64,000 nt of DNA from Azolla caroliniana (taxonomy: Eukaryota > Plantae > Polypodiophyta). Every line of letters begins with the position of its first letter. Positions within the stretch are counted from its first letter, which is position 1. Positions 1 to 13,308 of the stretch are shown piece by piece. The position numbers and the translations under genes are program-made. Location: positions 9,796,001 through 9,860,000 of the forward strand of contig JBHGNT010000018.1 in assembly GCA_043228905.1 (NCBI GenBank). Reading direction: 5' to 3'. The notes beneath the pieces are model-generated. The model did no database searches and was not told where the DNA came from. It was given only the letters and a program-made list of their open reading frames with translations.

Positions 1-1672
1 TTGTCGGAACATATAGTATATTCATTAGGTTTCCATTTTTTCTGACATGGCTTAACGGAACTTCTCCGACATGCACAATCGGGTGAGGAGTGTCGTCTCC
101 AGTTTCGACAACTCCCGGTTGCTCCACCTTTTCTAGAAACGAGAACCACTCTTCGTGGCTCGTCATGTGGTTAGATGCTCTGGAGTCAATATACCATACT
201 TCCTCCAATCTAGAAGTGGTCGTCTTCATTGAGTTCGCCTTGTGCTTCATCACGAAGGCTAGCCCTTGTCCAGTCTTTCCGATTTCGGATCCTTCCGATC
301 CTGCCAGTTCCCTTGTCCAGCCTTGCCGGATTCGGATTTTTCCAAATCGGCGCGTTTCTTCCAGCACTCGCTTTTTCGGTGGCCTTTCTTGCCACAATAC
401 CAACATTCCGTATCGGCTTTTGATTGCCGGTTTCTGGCATCATTTTGACTCCCCCTGCTTGTGGAGGGTCCAAAACTGCTATCAGCATTATCTCTGTGCC
501 TCCGATTCTGCTCTTGCCAACCGTCGCTATTGCGTGCCAACCCACCTCGACCTCCATGCCCATGGGGTCGATCCGCCTTCGTGTACAACATTTGGTTGTC
601 TGATTGAGTGGTCCTTGACCCACTTTCATGGTTTTCTTTGACCATAAGCATCAATTGCAGGTCGAAGGACGATGGTTTCTCCCGGGTGCAAATTGCCGTC
701 TGGATTGGCCCGTACTAGTGTGCTAGACCACCGAGGTAGATCTGGACCATCTTGTCCTCGTCCACCATTGGACCTGAGCACGTTGTAGATCTCCTTGATA
801 CTTCTGAGCCCTGGTACTTGCGGGGAAAATCTTCCGAAGATTTTCCCAGGCCTCCTTTGGTGATTTTGCATCTTTGATGTAGCCAAGCATCTGGTCGTGC
901 ACACAGGACGCGAGGCAGTACAACACTCTACTCACTCATTGCTCCCATACCGAGAAGTCCTTGGGTGTCGAATTTGGCGTTGCTTCATTCACTCCTTCCA
1001 TGTAGCTCCAGTAGGTATTGGTGCATTTTATACGACCATGACGCATAGTTGCTCCGATTGAGCTTTTCTGTTGGAAGTGAGTTCACCATGCTTCTGTCCA
1101 TACATTCCTTCCTGTTCTTTACCAGCTGTTAGGGTTTGTCTGTGAGCGACATTCGTCGGCAGCAAAGGATTCTAAACCCTCACTCATACCATGTCAAAGT
1201 TAATATGTGGAAGCTTAGATAAACGGGCTCCACCGGATAACAACAGTAAAACAGAGATGAAGGTTTAATGGTAGCGTAAGAATACACAGTACACAAGAGA
1301 GACAAAGAGAGTTGAATAGCATAAAACTAAATTCAAAATAATAACAACACTCTGTACATAGGATGTGCTCAGCGAGCACTTTTTATACAAGTCCACAAGG
1401 GATTGACAAAAGTATTATGTACTTCAATGCTCATATGAGCGGCGGACACTAACTACGAGGACCATGACTACCTAGTCGTCTAGAAGAGTAGGCCTCTAAA
1501 CGGCCTATTGGTTCACACTTGATTTTGGCTCTCTGATCGGGCTCCTAGTTCCGGATACCAATCTGGTCCATCCGTCCCGGATTCCAGATACTTATTTGGA
1601 CACCGATCTGGATACGATTCGGCTCAGGCTTGTTCAGTCGATCCGGATCCGGTTCAGCTTGTTCGCTCAACA
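1..1672 (-). mobile_element. Ty1/Copia family A, 5' part (5' LTR, PBS, degenerate gag/protease); runs off the window start
   Basis: LTR 1192-1672 starts TGTTGAGCG on the minus strand like the LTRs at 32422 and 50895. Degenerate iMet PBS at 1180-1191. Gag fragments (LGYIKDAKSPKEAWENLRKIF), zinc knuckle CWYCGKKGHRKSEC, and protease WYIDS..SNHMT near 160-200. Frameshifted. Confidence 0.9.
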
Positions 1673-2024
1673 TGCATTTTAGGAGTTTAGTTCTTTTGAA
1701 AATTTTGGCGTTCAAGTTATAACTTTCATTAATTTTTGTTCTTCTTCTCCAACCCTCTTCTACTTCGAGATTTGAGAATATGTGGTTGTCATCATCACGA
1801 AGCTCATCGTGCATTGACACTTCGAGAAGGGGACCAACTAGCTAGCACACTAGTTGTTGAAGGGAGCACCAAATGACTCGAAAAAACTACACCCTCTTTA
1901 AGATGTCATTGTCGTCGATTGTGGTTGCGGTCTTGGCGGTTTACTTGACTCACCCTCACATTTTGGAAGGGGTTTGCGATAAAGGTTCTTCTTTTCCATC
2001 TTTGGTTCGATTTTGGAGGGGTTT

Positions 2025-2058
2025 TGTTACGGGCATGACCATATAATATCCCGTAACA
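2025..2058. mobile_element. 34-bp TG...CA mini-element with 9-bp terminal inverted repeats and a 5-bp TSD
   Basis: TGTTACGGGCATGACCATATAATATCCCGTAACA is flanked by GGTTT on both sides (2020-2024, 2059-2063). Its first 30 nt are identical to the element at 6423. Confidence 0.8.
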
Positions 2059-2372
2059 GGTTTTCTGTCGTCTTCTTCACTATGGAGGGCTAGTGTGGAT
2101 GTGGCTTCAAAGGAAAGGGTCCAACTTGTCGCACATCAGTTGTTAAACGGAGCACAACTGGCCCAAGAACACCACATCAACATCGAGGAGACATTGCCAT
2201 CAATAGTGGTTGAGGTCTCGACAACACCATTTGCGTTCTTGTTTTATTTTAGAAATGTTTGTAAAAACAACTGAAATAATGGTATTTCTTGGGGAATTTG
2301 ATTCCTATTTCTTTTGTAGCAAGTTCATTCTTGTGTAAACAAGTCTCTTTGGTCTTAATTTGGTGTTTCTTA

Positions 2373-2656
2373 TGTTAACCAAGGGTATTAAGCCTAATCT
2401 TGTATGGTTAATTACTCCCTAATTAATGTAGGAGAGAGAGAGAGAGTGAAAAGAGTAACGCATGGCCGAAGGAGTATTTGTCTCCGAACGCTCATCTTAC
2501 GAGCGTTCGCCTCCTCGAGTATCCACACATTGGAACCTTGACTTCGTATTGTTCCTTGAGCATTAAATATATAAAATGGGATTACGCAAGGAGATCTACA
2601 AGGTGGTCTAAAGAATCTTTTCATATGACATCATGTCCTCCCTAGTTCAAATCCCC
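2373..2656 (-). mobile_element. Probable 3' LTR (2373-2630) and polypurine tract of another LTR element
   Basis: Minus strand reads GAACTAGGGAGGACATGA then TGTCATATG...GGTTAACA, with a TATA-like run and a (CT)n tract. No second copy in the window. Confidence 0.45.
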
Positions 2657-3832
2657 TGTTGTTGGCGACCACTCTCTTAAAACTTATGATTTGTCGTGCT
2701 TCAGATACGTCCCTTTGATTCATCTCCCTTTTGTATGCATCGATGAACTTCGTAATGTTCCTTCAATCAAATTGACCCTCGAGCTCTATGACACGGTCGA
2801 CGGCCTTCTCCATGCTCGCATCATTGTCTCGAGATCTCATCATTTGTTCGACAATTAGCATCATCCTTTCGAACTCTCCCGCTTGATTGCTTGAGGATGC
2901 CATCTCCAAGTATCGGTTGATCCTCGACTTAATCCTTCCTACTGCCTCCTTCACGTCAGGTTCACCACTTAATTATGTCATGAAGATCCGTCACTACGTG
3001 CGGATCGTGAGGCGGAACCGCCGGTGTTCTGGATCGGAAGGATTCAAAGTTTGGACTAGCTTTAGCGAGAAAGTATTTAAGATAGATTGAGAGAGATTGA
3101 TATGACGAAAGAGAGATATTGAGATAAAGATTGAACTTTTAACTTTTAGATTTAAGAGAGAAGATACATCACTAATAGTATTACAAGTTTCTTATTTTCC
3201 CCAAATTTTTCATTAGTTTCATTTGCTTGATTCCTCCACTCTTTTATAGATGCCCCCATGCATATGGTGCATGTGAGGGTGCAAGACATGCACGTAATGC
3301 ATGAAATGCATGCTTGCCATGTCATCATCTAAGCAAAAGTATAATGATAAAAATATAGCTTCTAAGGAAATGACTTGGCTTGACGGCTCCATCCGGTCAC
3401 CGTCGGGTTCTGGTCGGCCAAAACCTTCACAAGCAATTAGGCCACACCCATTCATCTGGTTAGTTTAGCTCAATTCACCTTAAACATTCTATGATCCACT
3501 CATAAACACAAAGTAATAAATTTTGGCCTTGCTTATATAATCTGGGATCCTTATTTGTCCTGTCTATGTGGGATATCTCGTAGTTTTGTTTTTTTTCTCT
3601 TCTTCATCACAAACTTCATACCCACATAACTTGCCACTTAGTTGTCCGTTTCTTATGTGGTAAAGTGTATTTGAAAGCTCTTCAAGACCTCCATCTTTTT
3701 GTACCAAGATATTAAACTAGTATAAAATATTATCTTTACTATTATTGTTTTATGTTGTGTGTGAAGAACCACACTCGATTTTGTATATTCCTCGTAATTT
3801 TCACAGGTCTGTTGCTGAAAATCTTTAAGACA
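2657..3832 (-). mobile_element. Truncated non-chromovirus Gypsy family B: 5' LTR (2976-3832), tRNA-Trp PBS and gag start
   Basis: Homologous to LTR 36019-36968 and gag 37041+ (MASSSNQAGEFERMMLIVEQMM). PBS TGGTGAACCTGACGTGA on the minus strand at about 2951-2967. Inserted into the Copia B gag. Confidence 0.88.
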
Positions 3833-4910
3833 ACATTCCCTTCCGATCCGAGCCTTTCCGGTCCGAACCCTTCTTCGAATCGGCACTATTGGATCCTTTC
3901 TCTTTCCGGAAATGTCGACAGTTTTTTTGGAAGTGCCATGGCTTCCCACAATAGAAGCAAGTAGGCCTACCCCTTGACTTCAACCTTGTCCCCGACTTTT
4001 CCCAGTTCTGGGGACTCCGGTACTAGTTTCTCCCATGATTATGGTCATCATCCGCAACCAAGGCCTTCGGGTCAGTTCCGGATTCCCGGTCCTTTCAATG
4101 AGCTTCTTCATCTAGAAAGCTCGCCTTCACTCTTGCTAGGGACAACTACTTTCCTTCTGGTTCGGCGTTGCCGAAAGTGACAACTAACGTCTCCCAACTA
4201 TCCGGGAGGGAACCGAGCAAGAGCAATGCAAGTACCTCTTCGACTAGAGGTACTTCAACCGAAGTTGTTTGATTTATGAGCCCCTAAAATGCATTCATGT
4301 GCTCTGCCATGTTGGACCCATCTTGGTACCAGAGTCTCACTATCTTCTGGAATACCAAAACCTGATTTACAACGTTTTTACTCTCCAACATGGTGCTGAT
4401 TTTTTCCCAGAGCACATGAGCCTTACTTTCTTCATTGAAGTTGTTGTACAGTCTCACGTCGATGAAGCACCGTATGTATGTCGTCGTCTTCATGTGCATC
4501 ACCTCCCATGTCGTGGCATCGATCTTGTCCGGTTTCTTGTCCCGGAACTGTATCGACAGCCAGAGATCTTTTACCATGAGCATGTCCCTCATCTTCGACT
4601 TCCACACTGGGTAGTTGGAGTCGGTGAGCTTGAACATGCCGCCAAATGATTCTTCCATTCCCTTGTATGCTCTGATACCAGTTTGTGCAGAAATAACAAT
4701 CGGCCACAATCGAGTCTTCAACAAGGAATAGAAGAGGACAAATTGAAACCGAGATGACACATGATGTTTACGTGGAAGACCCTGAACAGGAAAAACCACG
4801 GGAGCCCACATACTCCAACTATCACTATGAGAGGAGGAATACAAAGTGAGACTTAGAGGCAATGACCTCGAGCTCTATGTCTTCGCCAATGGCAATTACA
4901 AATAGAAACT

Positions 4911-4968
<58 letters not shown>

Positions 4969-5248
4969 GTATACAACAACTCAAAATAATCACATCACCT
5001 TTTAAAGTGATTGCCCTAAGTCATATTTATACTTATATGAAATTTGGGCTATCTACAAATATAGCCTCGATGGGCTCACTCTGAAACATATTTACACATA
5101 TGTCCTTCGATCCGGTTTGCACCGGATCCATCCGGATTCACTGGACCCGGTTTCCGGGTCTCATCCGGAACCTTTCCGGATCAGGTTCCTTCATCTGGGT
5201 CGTCCAGTTCTCATCCGGATCCCATCTGGAGGGACTGAATTCCTAACA
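3833..5248 (-). mobile_element. Ty1/Copia family B (Tnt1/Tork-like), 5' LTR (4684-5248), iMet PBS and degenerate gag
   Basis: PBS TGGTATCAGAGC at 4669-4680 (minus). Gag FKLTDSNYPVWKSKMRDML matches gag at 38664. The LTR begins TGTTAGGAATTCAGTCCCTCCAGATGGG and carries (AG)n. Confidence 0.9.
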
Positions 5249-6422
5249 AAATTTTCTTTATTGGAGCAATTGGAAATCTTTCCTTAATGGAGTGTTCATC
5301 TTGCCTGTTGGCAATTCAACGTGTTCCATTATCCATGTAGTGTAGTTAGTGAGTGACCATACTCCATTGTGACATCCATTGTAAATAGTGTTTTTCACAC
5401 ACTTTTATTAATATAAATGTGTGTTTTCACCAAAAAAGAGAGAGATGATGAGTGGTCGTTAGGTCGGTGAGCCGATGCCGCTCTTTCCTTCTCTGCACAA
5501 CTACTACACAACCTCTGCTTTTGTGTTGCCTTCTTCTCCATCTTATGCATATTAGCTATAGGATATCTATGCACACATTTAATGCCTCAAGAATAGTTGA
5601 GTTCCATAATCCATCTTCCAAGGTACACATATAAGTAATCATCAATTGCACGCCAAAATATTTTGAACAAAAAATGGAAGTAGAGGTGGTTAAAAGAAAA
5701 GAACCAGATATTCAATACAAATAAAGCTTCTTGTTGGATTCTAACAAGATATACCCAAGGCTTCACTCTTTGGCAAGGATTCAATTAGTAACATGTAATG
5801 TATAAGGAAAAATCCTCTCAAGTCATGATATTGGATGTTGTTGGCAATGGATGTTGGACATGGAGGTTGACTAAATGGATGTGAAGATGAAGTTTCTACA
5901 CTTGGAACTCAAGGCGGGGGTGTCGATGGATGGAGTAACTAGTTAGGTTCGCAAAACAAAGATAGTAGGAGATGATTTGTTGGTGAAATAAGAGCTTATA
6001 TGCTTTAAAGCAAGATTCTCAAATAAACTACCACAAGTTCGACTTGTTCATGAAATATGAGCCATTTCCCCGTAGTCACAAGGATTCCCACCTATACACA
6101 AAAAATTGCTCAAACGAGAGTCTAACCCTCACCATGATTAGGATTGAACATAATCAACGCACATCATAATTAAATGTTTTTGAAAAACATTGTGACTAGT
6201 TAGTATAATCCTTGACACTACTATGTAGCCAAAGATGACATATATGGTGCCATCCCAAACACTATAGTGGTTTCAATTCATACCATGGAATTGAAATCTA
6301 GCTTTAAATTACAATATCCATGTGGATGGAAATGAGCTATAGGTGTCGATGAATGACTTTCTATAATTTAAGAGGATGTTGATATGATTAGCATTGCACT
6401 ACAAAGGTATTGATAAGATTAG

Positions 6423-6542
6423 TGTTACGGGCATGACCATATAATATCCCGTGGTGAGAATTTACCGTAGTATTCTATACACGTGTGTAGAATACTACGG
6501 TAAATTCTCACCACAGGATATTATATGGTCATGCCCGTAACA
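6423..6542. mobile_element. 120-bp loopless palindromic MITE-like element, TG...CA termini, 5-bp TSD
   Basis: 60-bp arms match at 58/60 with no spacer (centre CACGTG). ATTAG is duplicated on both flanks (6418-6422, 6543-6547). Confidence 0.88.
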
Positions 6543-7159
6543 ATTAGCATTGCACTAAATGATGAAGTATTTGAATCCAAGGAAACAAAAATCTAAGTAT
6601 TTGAATCCAAGTTAGTTACACAACTGTCTATAAACAAAAATCATCTCGTAAAGATGGTTCCAAAATCTACAGGTCACATTATCAAATCAGATGTAATAGA
6701 AAGAGTGGTGCAAATGAGGGAGATCTTGTATCTTGTTGAATCCTTGACAAGATAATCTAGAAGATTGTCAAGGTAATGACAATATCAACAAGATTTTGCT
6801 TGTGATTTACATTACACAACCAAAAGTGCACGGCAACGATATATGGCCATTTAACAATACAAACAAAAACATGTACGTCTTGTCAAGCACCAAATAGTGG
6901 GTGTGTTTAATAAATCATTGTTAGAAAACAAATAGTGACTTTTTCATATATATATATATATTTGCTAGCGAAGTTAGAAATGCACCATTTAGCTGACACA
7001 CAAAAATCATCATGGTGACATAGCACAAACCCTGACAGCAAATAATGAATAAGAAAAAACAGTTGGTTTTGCATAATGAACCATATATCATGCACGGTTT
7101 ATCGTGTAAAAAAAAAGGACGTGATATGTCATTCGGTCACTACAACAAAAGTATGTGTT

Positions 7160-10100
7160 TTATTGAAGAAGTTTGTCTGGCTTCGGGTGATCCAAAGACT
7201 TCGGCAACACCGGATCCAACGTGAAACCAATAGTAAAACAACAAAAAAGAGCAAGGATGCAAAACACCATCCAAGTTCCTGCACAAACAGAATATATATT
7301 ATATAAAGATTTAATGATTCAATAAAATGTGTTAAATATGAATAAACACCTGGGAGGAAAGATGCATTCATCCGTGTCTCTGCCCATGAAAGCCTACAAA
7401 AACATGAACAAATCAACCAATACATTTGAGTGATAAAACAAATCTTTTGTAGCGAGAAATTCCTCTTTTAATAGAAACTTTGAAAATCAGGTGATAGAAT
7501 CTGCAGCAGTTTAACATTTAAAAAGGTTTTAACTCCATACTCTTTGACTATTTAAGAGGAGATCCTTTATATGCATATAGTGTGTGTACAATGTGAATAG
7601 GGTTCAACAAAACTAGTAAATATTAGTTCAGTTCTTTTTGTGCATTATATTTGCATGAAGAATTTCCATAGAAGACAAGGTTTTTTTCTTATTTAGGATA
7701 ACATACAAGACACCAGCAACTGCTGGACCGATCGCTTTGAAAAGTGACACGATCGCCATGGAAACTCCATTGGCTACGCCACGTTGATCAGCAGTCTGCC
7801 ATGAAGAACATACAGCAAAAAGTGCGCTTACAATTAGTGAATATGACCTGCGACATCTCATACATGCATTTATTCTACTGTCAATAAGTAAATCTCTCTG
7901 AACAAGAATATTGTGAAGTACTAATACATGTCCTATTACTTACATGATTTGATTACATGACTACACTACTAGCGACACCTATTTGGAATGGCTTTAAAAT
8001 CTATCCATTGCTCGAGAATTTGCATTAGTTTGGCCTTCCAATGAGCCTATAATGAATGCAAAGGGGATAATGCTGAAAATCGTATATACCACAGAGTTGT
8101 TGATTAGAATGAAGCATGCAGTCATGACAGCAGTCTGTAAAGAAGTGGCCAAAAGAAAAGAAAAAAAACAAATGGTTTAAATAAAATATGGCTGAAAAAA
8201 GTCATCTATAAATGAGCTGAAAGCAAAATATTCTGATACCGAGAGCACATTCTTCAAAATTGATGCTGAAGTAAGCACTATCCAAAGCCAAATCCCATCC
8301 AGTTGTGAGATCAAGGGGTAGACAAGAACTAGAGGCACAGACAAAATCTAGAAATAGTAATTCAGATCCAAAACACATCAGCACCTTGCTTCAAGAAAGT
8401 ATCTTGTTTATTTTTCACAACTTTTCAAATTTATGCTATATCAGCTAATGTTGTCAAAGAACGGGATTCACCGCTGAAACTTGACATGTCAAAATAGCAC
8501 CAAGGATATGTTGAACGCTAGGATATAAGAGTAACTGAAATACTAGCAATGCAAAACCTGCATCCAACCAGCAAAAACCAAGTGGGGGGCCGCCCTATAA
8601 GGTTAATCCAAAAAGTGTAATGACTAACCAATGAGTAAATATCTTCAAATACTTAGAGATTGATAAGTAATGAGTAAGTTGATCCTAGGTTTAGATTGAA
8701 CTAACCAGAGATTGCAAGGATAATGCCAACATCCGATGTCGACATTCCAAGTCCACCAAGTGTTAATGGACTCACAGCCCAAAGAGAGAATATCTATACA
8801 CACCTTACAAAATTTACTTACTACACGAATCATACGCAATTCACTTACTACAGGAATCATCCTCTATTTATTTCTATTAATCAAGGAGATTTAGAGCGTA
8901 ACTTGCCTCACTATAAGCCATATCATGTATACTCCATATACAATATACCGAAATTGATGCAACCAAGCCCCAATTTCTCCACAAAGATTTCTTCATAGAC
9001 ACACGTTTCGGGAGTAGTCTGATATAATGGCTTTTGTCGCCAGCTGTTTCTTCTTCTTTCTTATTATCACTTGTGGTTTCTATTCTTGAAAGAATAGGAT
9101 GATTGTGCAAGGTTTCCTGGTGTGTCCGAACATCAGTGACTACAAATTAGTTGGCACAGAAAGTTCTCATATTAAATTCTGTTTATTCAATATGTGAATA
9201 ATAATTAGTACTTTCTCTGGTCTCGTATGGGTATGGTAGATTGCTTAAGAATGAGTATGCGTATTTTTCACAACCAAAAGTCTGAAATAGCATGAATTTT
9301 CACCACAGCCCATGAAAATAAAAACATTAAGGAATGTATATCTTACTGGAATCCATATACTCATAACCAATGCCATAGTTGCAAAGGCCGATATACATAA
9401 ACAAGGCAAGGCATAAGGGAACCTATAAGAAAAACATTACCACATCAGAACTGAGAAATAAACGATTAGAGATCCTTAGTACAAGCCCTTTTAAGAATAA
9501 TCTTCTTTCTCCAAGAAACATACTCATCAAAAAGAGAACCAGTGGGGAAAGTGCCAGGGTAACTAATTGATGGCTGCAATAAAACATGAGTCAGGATCTC
9601 TTTTGCAACAGATTCACTGGGCGATCTTTAATAAAAAGAGGTGATATACGTACTCGGGCTAAGTAGCCTCCAATAGCTGGACCTATTACTAAACCAAGAC
9701 CCCACATTGTGCCAACCTGGTGCATAAACGTTAACCAAAACTTGTAAGCACAACCATTTGCAACAAAATGTGGTGAAACTCATTGCCAAAATGCCCCCTA
9801 ACTTGTTGAACATTTTTCTGAATACCCCTAAATTTTCAACACATACCAGAATATCCCTCTCTAGTACAAGATTGTACTACTACATTACAACATTTGGGGT
9901 ATTCTGTTCACTTTGTTAAAAGCCAGGGCCATTCTGATAAGGACCACACAAGTTAGGGGCTTGTCAGTGTTTTGTCCTAAAATCTAGCTTATTAAATTCC
10001 AATACAGTTATACCAGCGACATTCCCAATGCTTGTTGTTCTTCAGTAGCTATTTCTGAAACATAAGCCTGCAAAAGACCCTTCTTCTCAATAACTGTAGA

Positions 10101-13100
10101 ATGTTTACAAAAAGCTAACGTATAGAAGTAACAGTAAAATCTTAAATCAGCTCTTCTAATATACCCTTGTCTAAGTTCTAGCTAATAAGACTTCTCATAT
10201 ACCCTCTTCTGAGTTATAACCTATCATGAATCATTAAATCAGTTTCACTAAATCAACGAGAACTTCCATTCATGATAAAGACCCTGGTGACTCGTAAATG
10301 GTGGCTTTAGGGAAACCTTTCCCAGCCTTGGGCTGGCGTTTATCTTATTGGGTAAATTTTGAAAGAAAGTATATCTCACTTGCACTAGACGATAGAAAAG
10401 AATATGCATGCACCATCAGAATTGAGTACAAGTGACTTAACTGAATTTTGTGATTTATAGAACCAACAACTAATTATGTGAATCTAAAATGGAGGCCTGT
10501 CGAGCAAAGAGACATATACTACAGTTCCCTAATCAGCACTTATATAATGTCATTTTTTATGATTTCGAGCCTCTTGAAAAGCACTTCCATATGCTATGAA
10601 TCTGCTGTACAGAAAGGGTTACACTAAGATATTGTCTCATCGACAAAGCTAAACAAACACCGACGCGGTGAATCATTTCCGGTTACAGTTAAATTAGAAT
10701 TTCCAAATGCAGCTTGAAAAGTATGTCACATTCATCTTCACTAACCAGAAATTTCATTTGCGATTGCTTTTTCTGAACATGTGACTTTAATCATCTCATT
10801 CATTTTCCTCATGTATATAGTAGTCACTCAAAGGTGAGGCTATCAACAACTATCATTGTATTCACTCACTCTCTTCCTGCGAGCCGGACTTTTCAGTTCT
10901 GCCTTCTTTTGATTATCACTTGTATGGGTCACTCAATACTTTATACCAGTATCATGTTGTATTTTTCAGGACGCCTTGCTTTCACTTGTACAAACTCCCC
11001 TTTTTCTGGCATATATCACTTCAGTTAACTATTACAAAAAAGCCCTGTTTCTCTTAAACATAGAAGCAGATTTGAAAGCAACACATTCATACGACCATTA
11101 TCTCAGGATCCTTCTGAGGACTAGTAGATAACACTTACTCGTATAGTCCCAAGAAGACCATTAAAGAAACCAAGCAGAAACCTCGACAACAAAGCCATCC
11201 AATAGGTTGTACTGAAGCCAAACATAGTATTGAAAACGACTCTGCATTCAAAAATCATTCCAATAACAAGTTACTCGATGATAAACAGTTCCATGCAAAG
11301 AAAGAAATTCAAAGGAGGTATGAGAATCCTCGCATGAGTTGTTTTCAATGCCAAATCCCAATAGAAGGAGATGAGTTAGTATCCAGTAAAGACTAATAGA
11401 AGCGAAAATGAAAGCATTCTTTTCTATTCCATTCAGTACTACACATTCCCAAGCTTCCAACCATTTAACTTACCGAAACATTGCTTGTTTATTCGACATT
11501 CAAATGAATAGATTAGTTTACATACATACAGAAATACATATGCACATACATATAAGTGCGTACATACACACACACACACACACACACATATATTTAGTTC
11601 ATAAGAAGAAAGAGTATTTGCAAATTACACGGCTGCAGTGCCGAAAATAATGACTGGTTTACGGCCATATTTATCTGCTAATAGCCCCCAAGGGGTCGAT
11701 CCAGCACCCCGACCAAGCATATAAGCAGAACCTAAATATCATTTATGTCAGCATCCAAAATAGAATATATTATGCTGAATCATGTACACGTGCCATAGTT
11801 TATCCATATGCCAGAAATATTAAAAATCTATTTCAATGAATTACATGTTTTTCCTACCTATAAATCCTGCATAAAAAGCAATTTGGGTTTCTGAATCTGC
11901 AACATTGAAGTCCTCGGTCTGAAAGAGATGAAAATCAATGCTTAAATCACAGAATTAAATAAGAAAGATGATATGAACTTGATCGATTGAAATAAAACGA
12001 GAAACGCGAATAGGAGTTTTTGATAAGGTATGATGACTTAATAAAGATAAAGAAAGAAAGAAAAAGCTCATATAGGAACCACTGACCATGAAGTAGATGA
12101 ATGGGAACAATGACGATATCGGCAATGCTGTGGGTACAGAATAGCAAACAAAAGACTTCCATAACTAACCGCAATAAAAAAGAAGGTTGGGTTCTTTTCC
12201 TTGAAAATTAAAGATCAATTATAAAAGAACTGAAACTGTAGTGCTTTAGATGGAAATAGTGTTTTCAAACTGCGTCCTTCAAATAAGTGAAAACCCAGTG
12301 ACGAAATATGGAAGGAGAATCCATGGATCAAAGGAATTTCCTAGTAAGTGCTGGACTCGGAAATGTTGATCACACTCCAAAGTATAAAACAAACATGAGC
12401 GCACTAAGCTAAAAAGAAGGGCATAGCATTTTCTGGTACCTCCAAAAAGAAACCATCATAGAAAGGTTTATCAATCCATTCACATTCACATTCCCATGAA
12501 TGAATGCACCCCAAACGGATAGACATCAACTGGATATATAGATAGATGACTATGGCAATCTATACATACATTTTGAACTCTAAGCATATTCTGAATAAGA
12601 ATGGACCTGATACAGATACATATATCTCAATCCACACATTACTTAATAATTTATTCACATTCATATGGACGGAGCAAGTATAAATATGCATCTCAATCTA
12701 TGCAAGTAGTCAAAATCTATTTACATTTATATGAATGAATGAATATAGATACTAGGCATATCTATCTATTCACATTCACGTAAATAAATGACTACACATT
12801 TAACGTCTATTGAAATTTAAATATAAATGAACCCAATATATAAATAACCATTTAACATTTATTCAAATTTCTATATAAATGACCCCAGTACAGATTAGGT
12901 TCTCTCAATCTATTCACATTCACAAGAATGAACACATATACAATAAAGATATATTCACATTCATGCCAACAAATGGAATCAGTATAGACAGGTATCTCTG
13001 ACCGTATATATCCATACACGCAAATGCAACCAACGGCTATGCACATCTGAATTGAATTGAATTGAATTGAATGCAAATATATATATATGGATGAAGAAAT

Positions 13101-13308
13101 GTGTATCATTTATATGTAAATGTGTGTGTGTGTGTGTGTGCTTACTATTGCAGAGGGCAAGAACAGCAACAAATAAGAAGTTTTTGGTTGGGATTGCAGA
13201 CGTGGAGAGCTTCCTGAGGTGAATGGCACATCCAGGACAACCTTCTACATATTCAGGAAGAGGCGGGCTTAGCAAGGGATGCTTTTTTTCACCATCGCCC
13301 ATCTCCAT
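7160..13308 (-). CDS. ZIFL1: ZINC INDUCED FACILITATOR-LIKE (ZIF1/ZIFL) major facilitator superfamily transporter, 17 coding exons, 500 aa
   Basis: Exons: 13146-13308, 12087-12127, 11858-11918, 11629-11731, 11139-11241, 10014-10067, 9654-9716, 9524-9573, 9347-9422, 8907-9116, 8706-8793, 8472-8557, 8240-8347, 8090-8134, 7707-7795, 7350-7393, 7160-7278. They sum to 1503 nt in frame. Motifs CPGC, LPISSLFPFIYFM, WGLLADKYGRKPV (MFS motif A), GPAIGGYLA, ETLHNH, HDMAYSEIFSLW, DQRGVANG and SLFKAIGPA match the plant ZIFL family. Introns are GT-AG except one GC-AG. Exact orthologue uncertain. Confidence 0.95.

Noticed and set aside
12290-12345. Alternative ZIFL exon 2 (FHISSLG-like)
   Set aside because: The true LPISSLFPFIYFM exon with proper splice sites is at 12087-12127.
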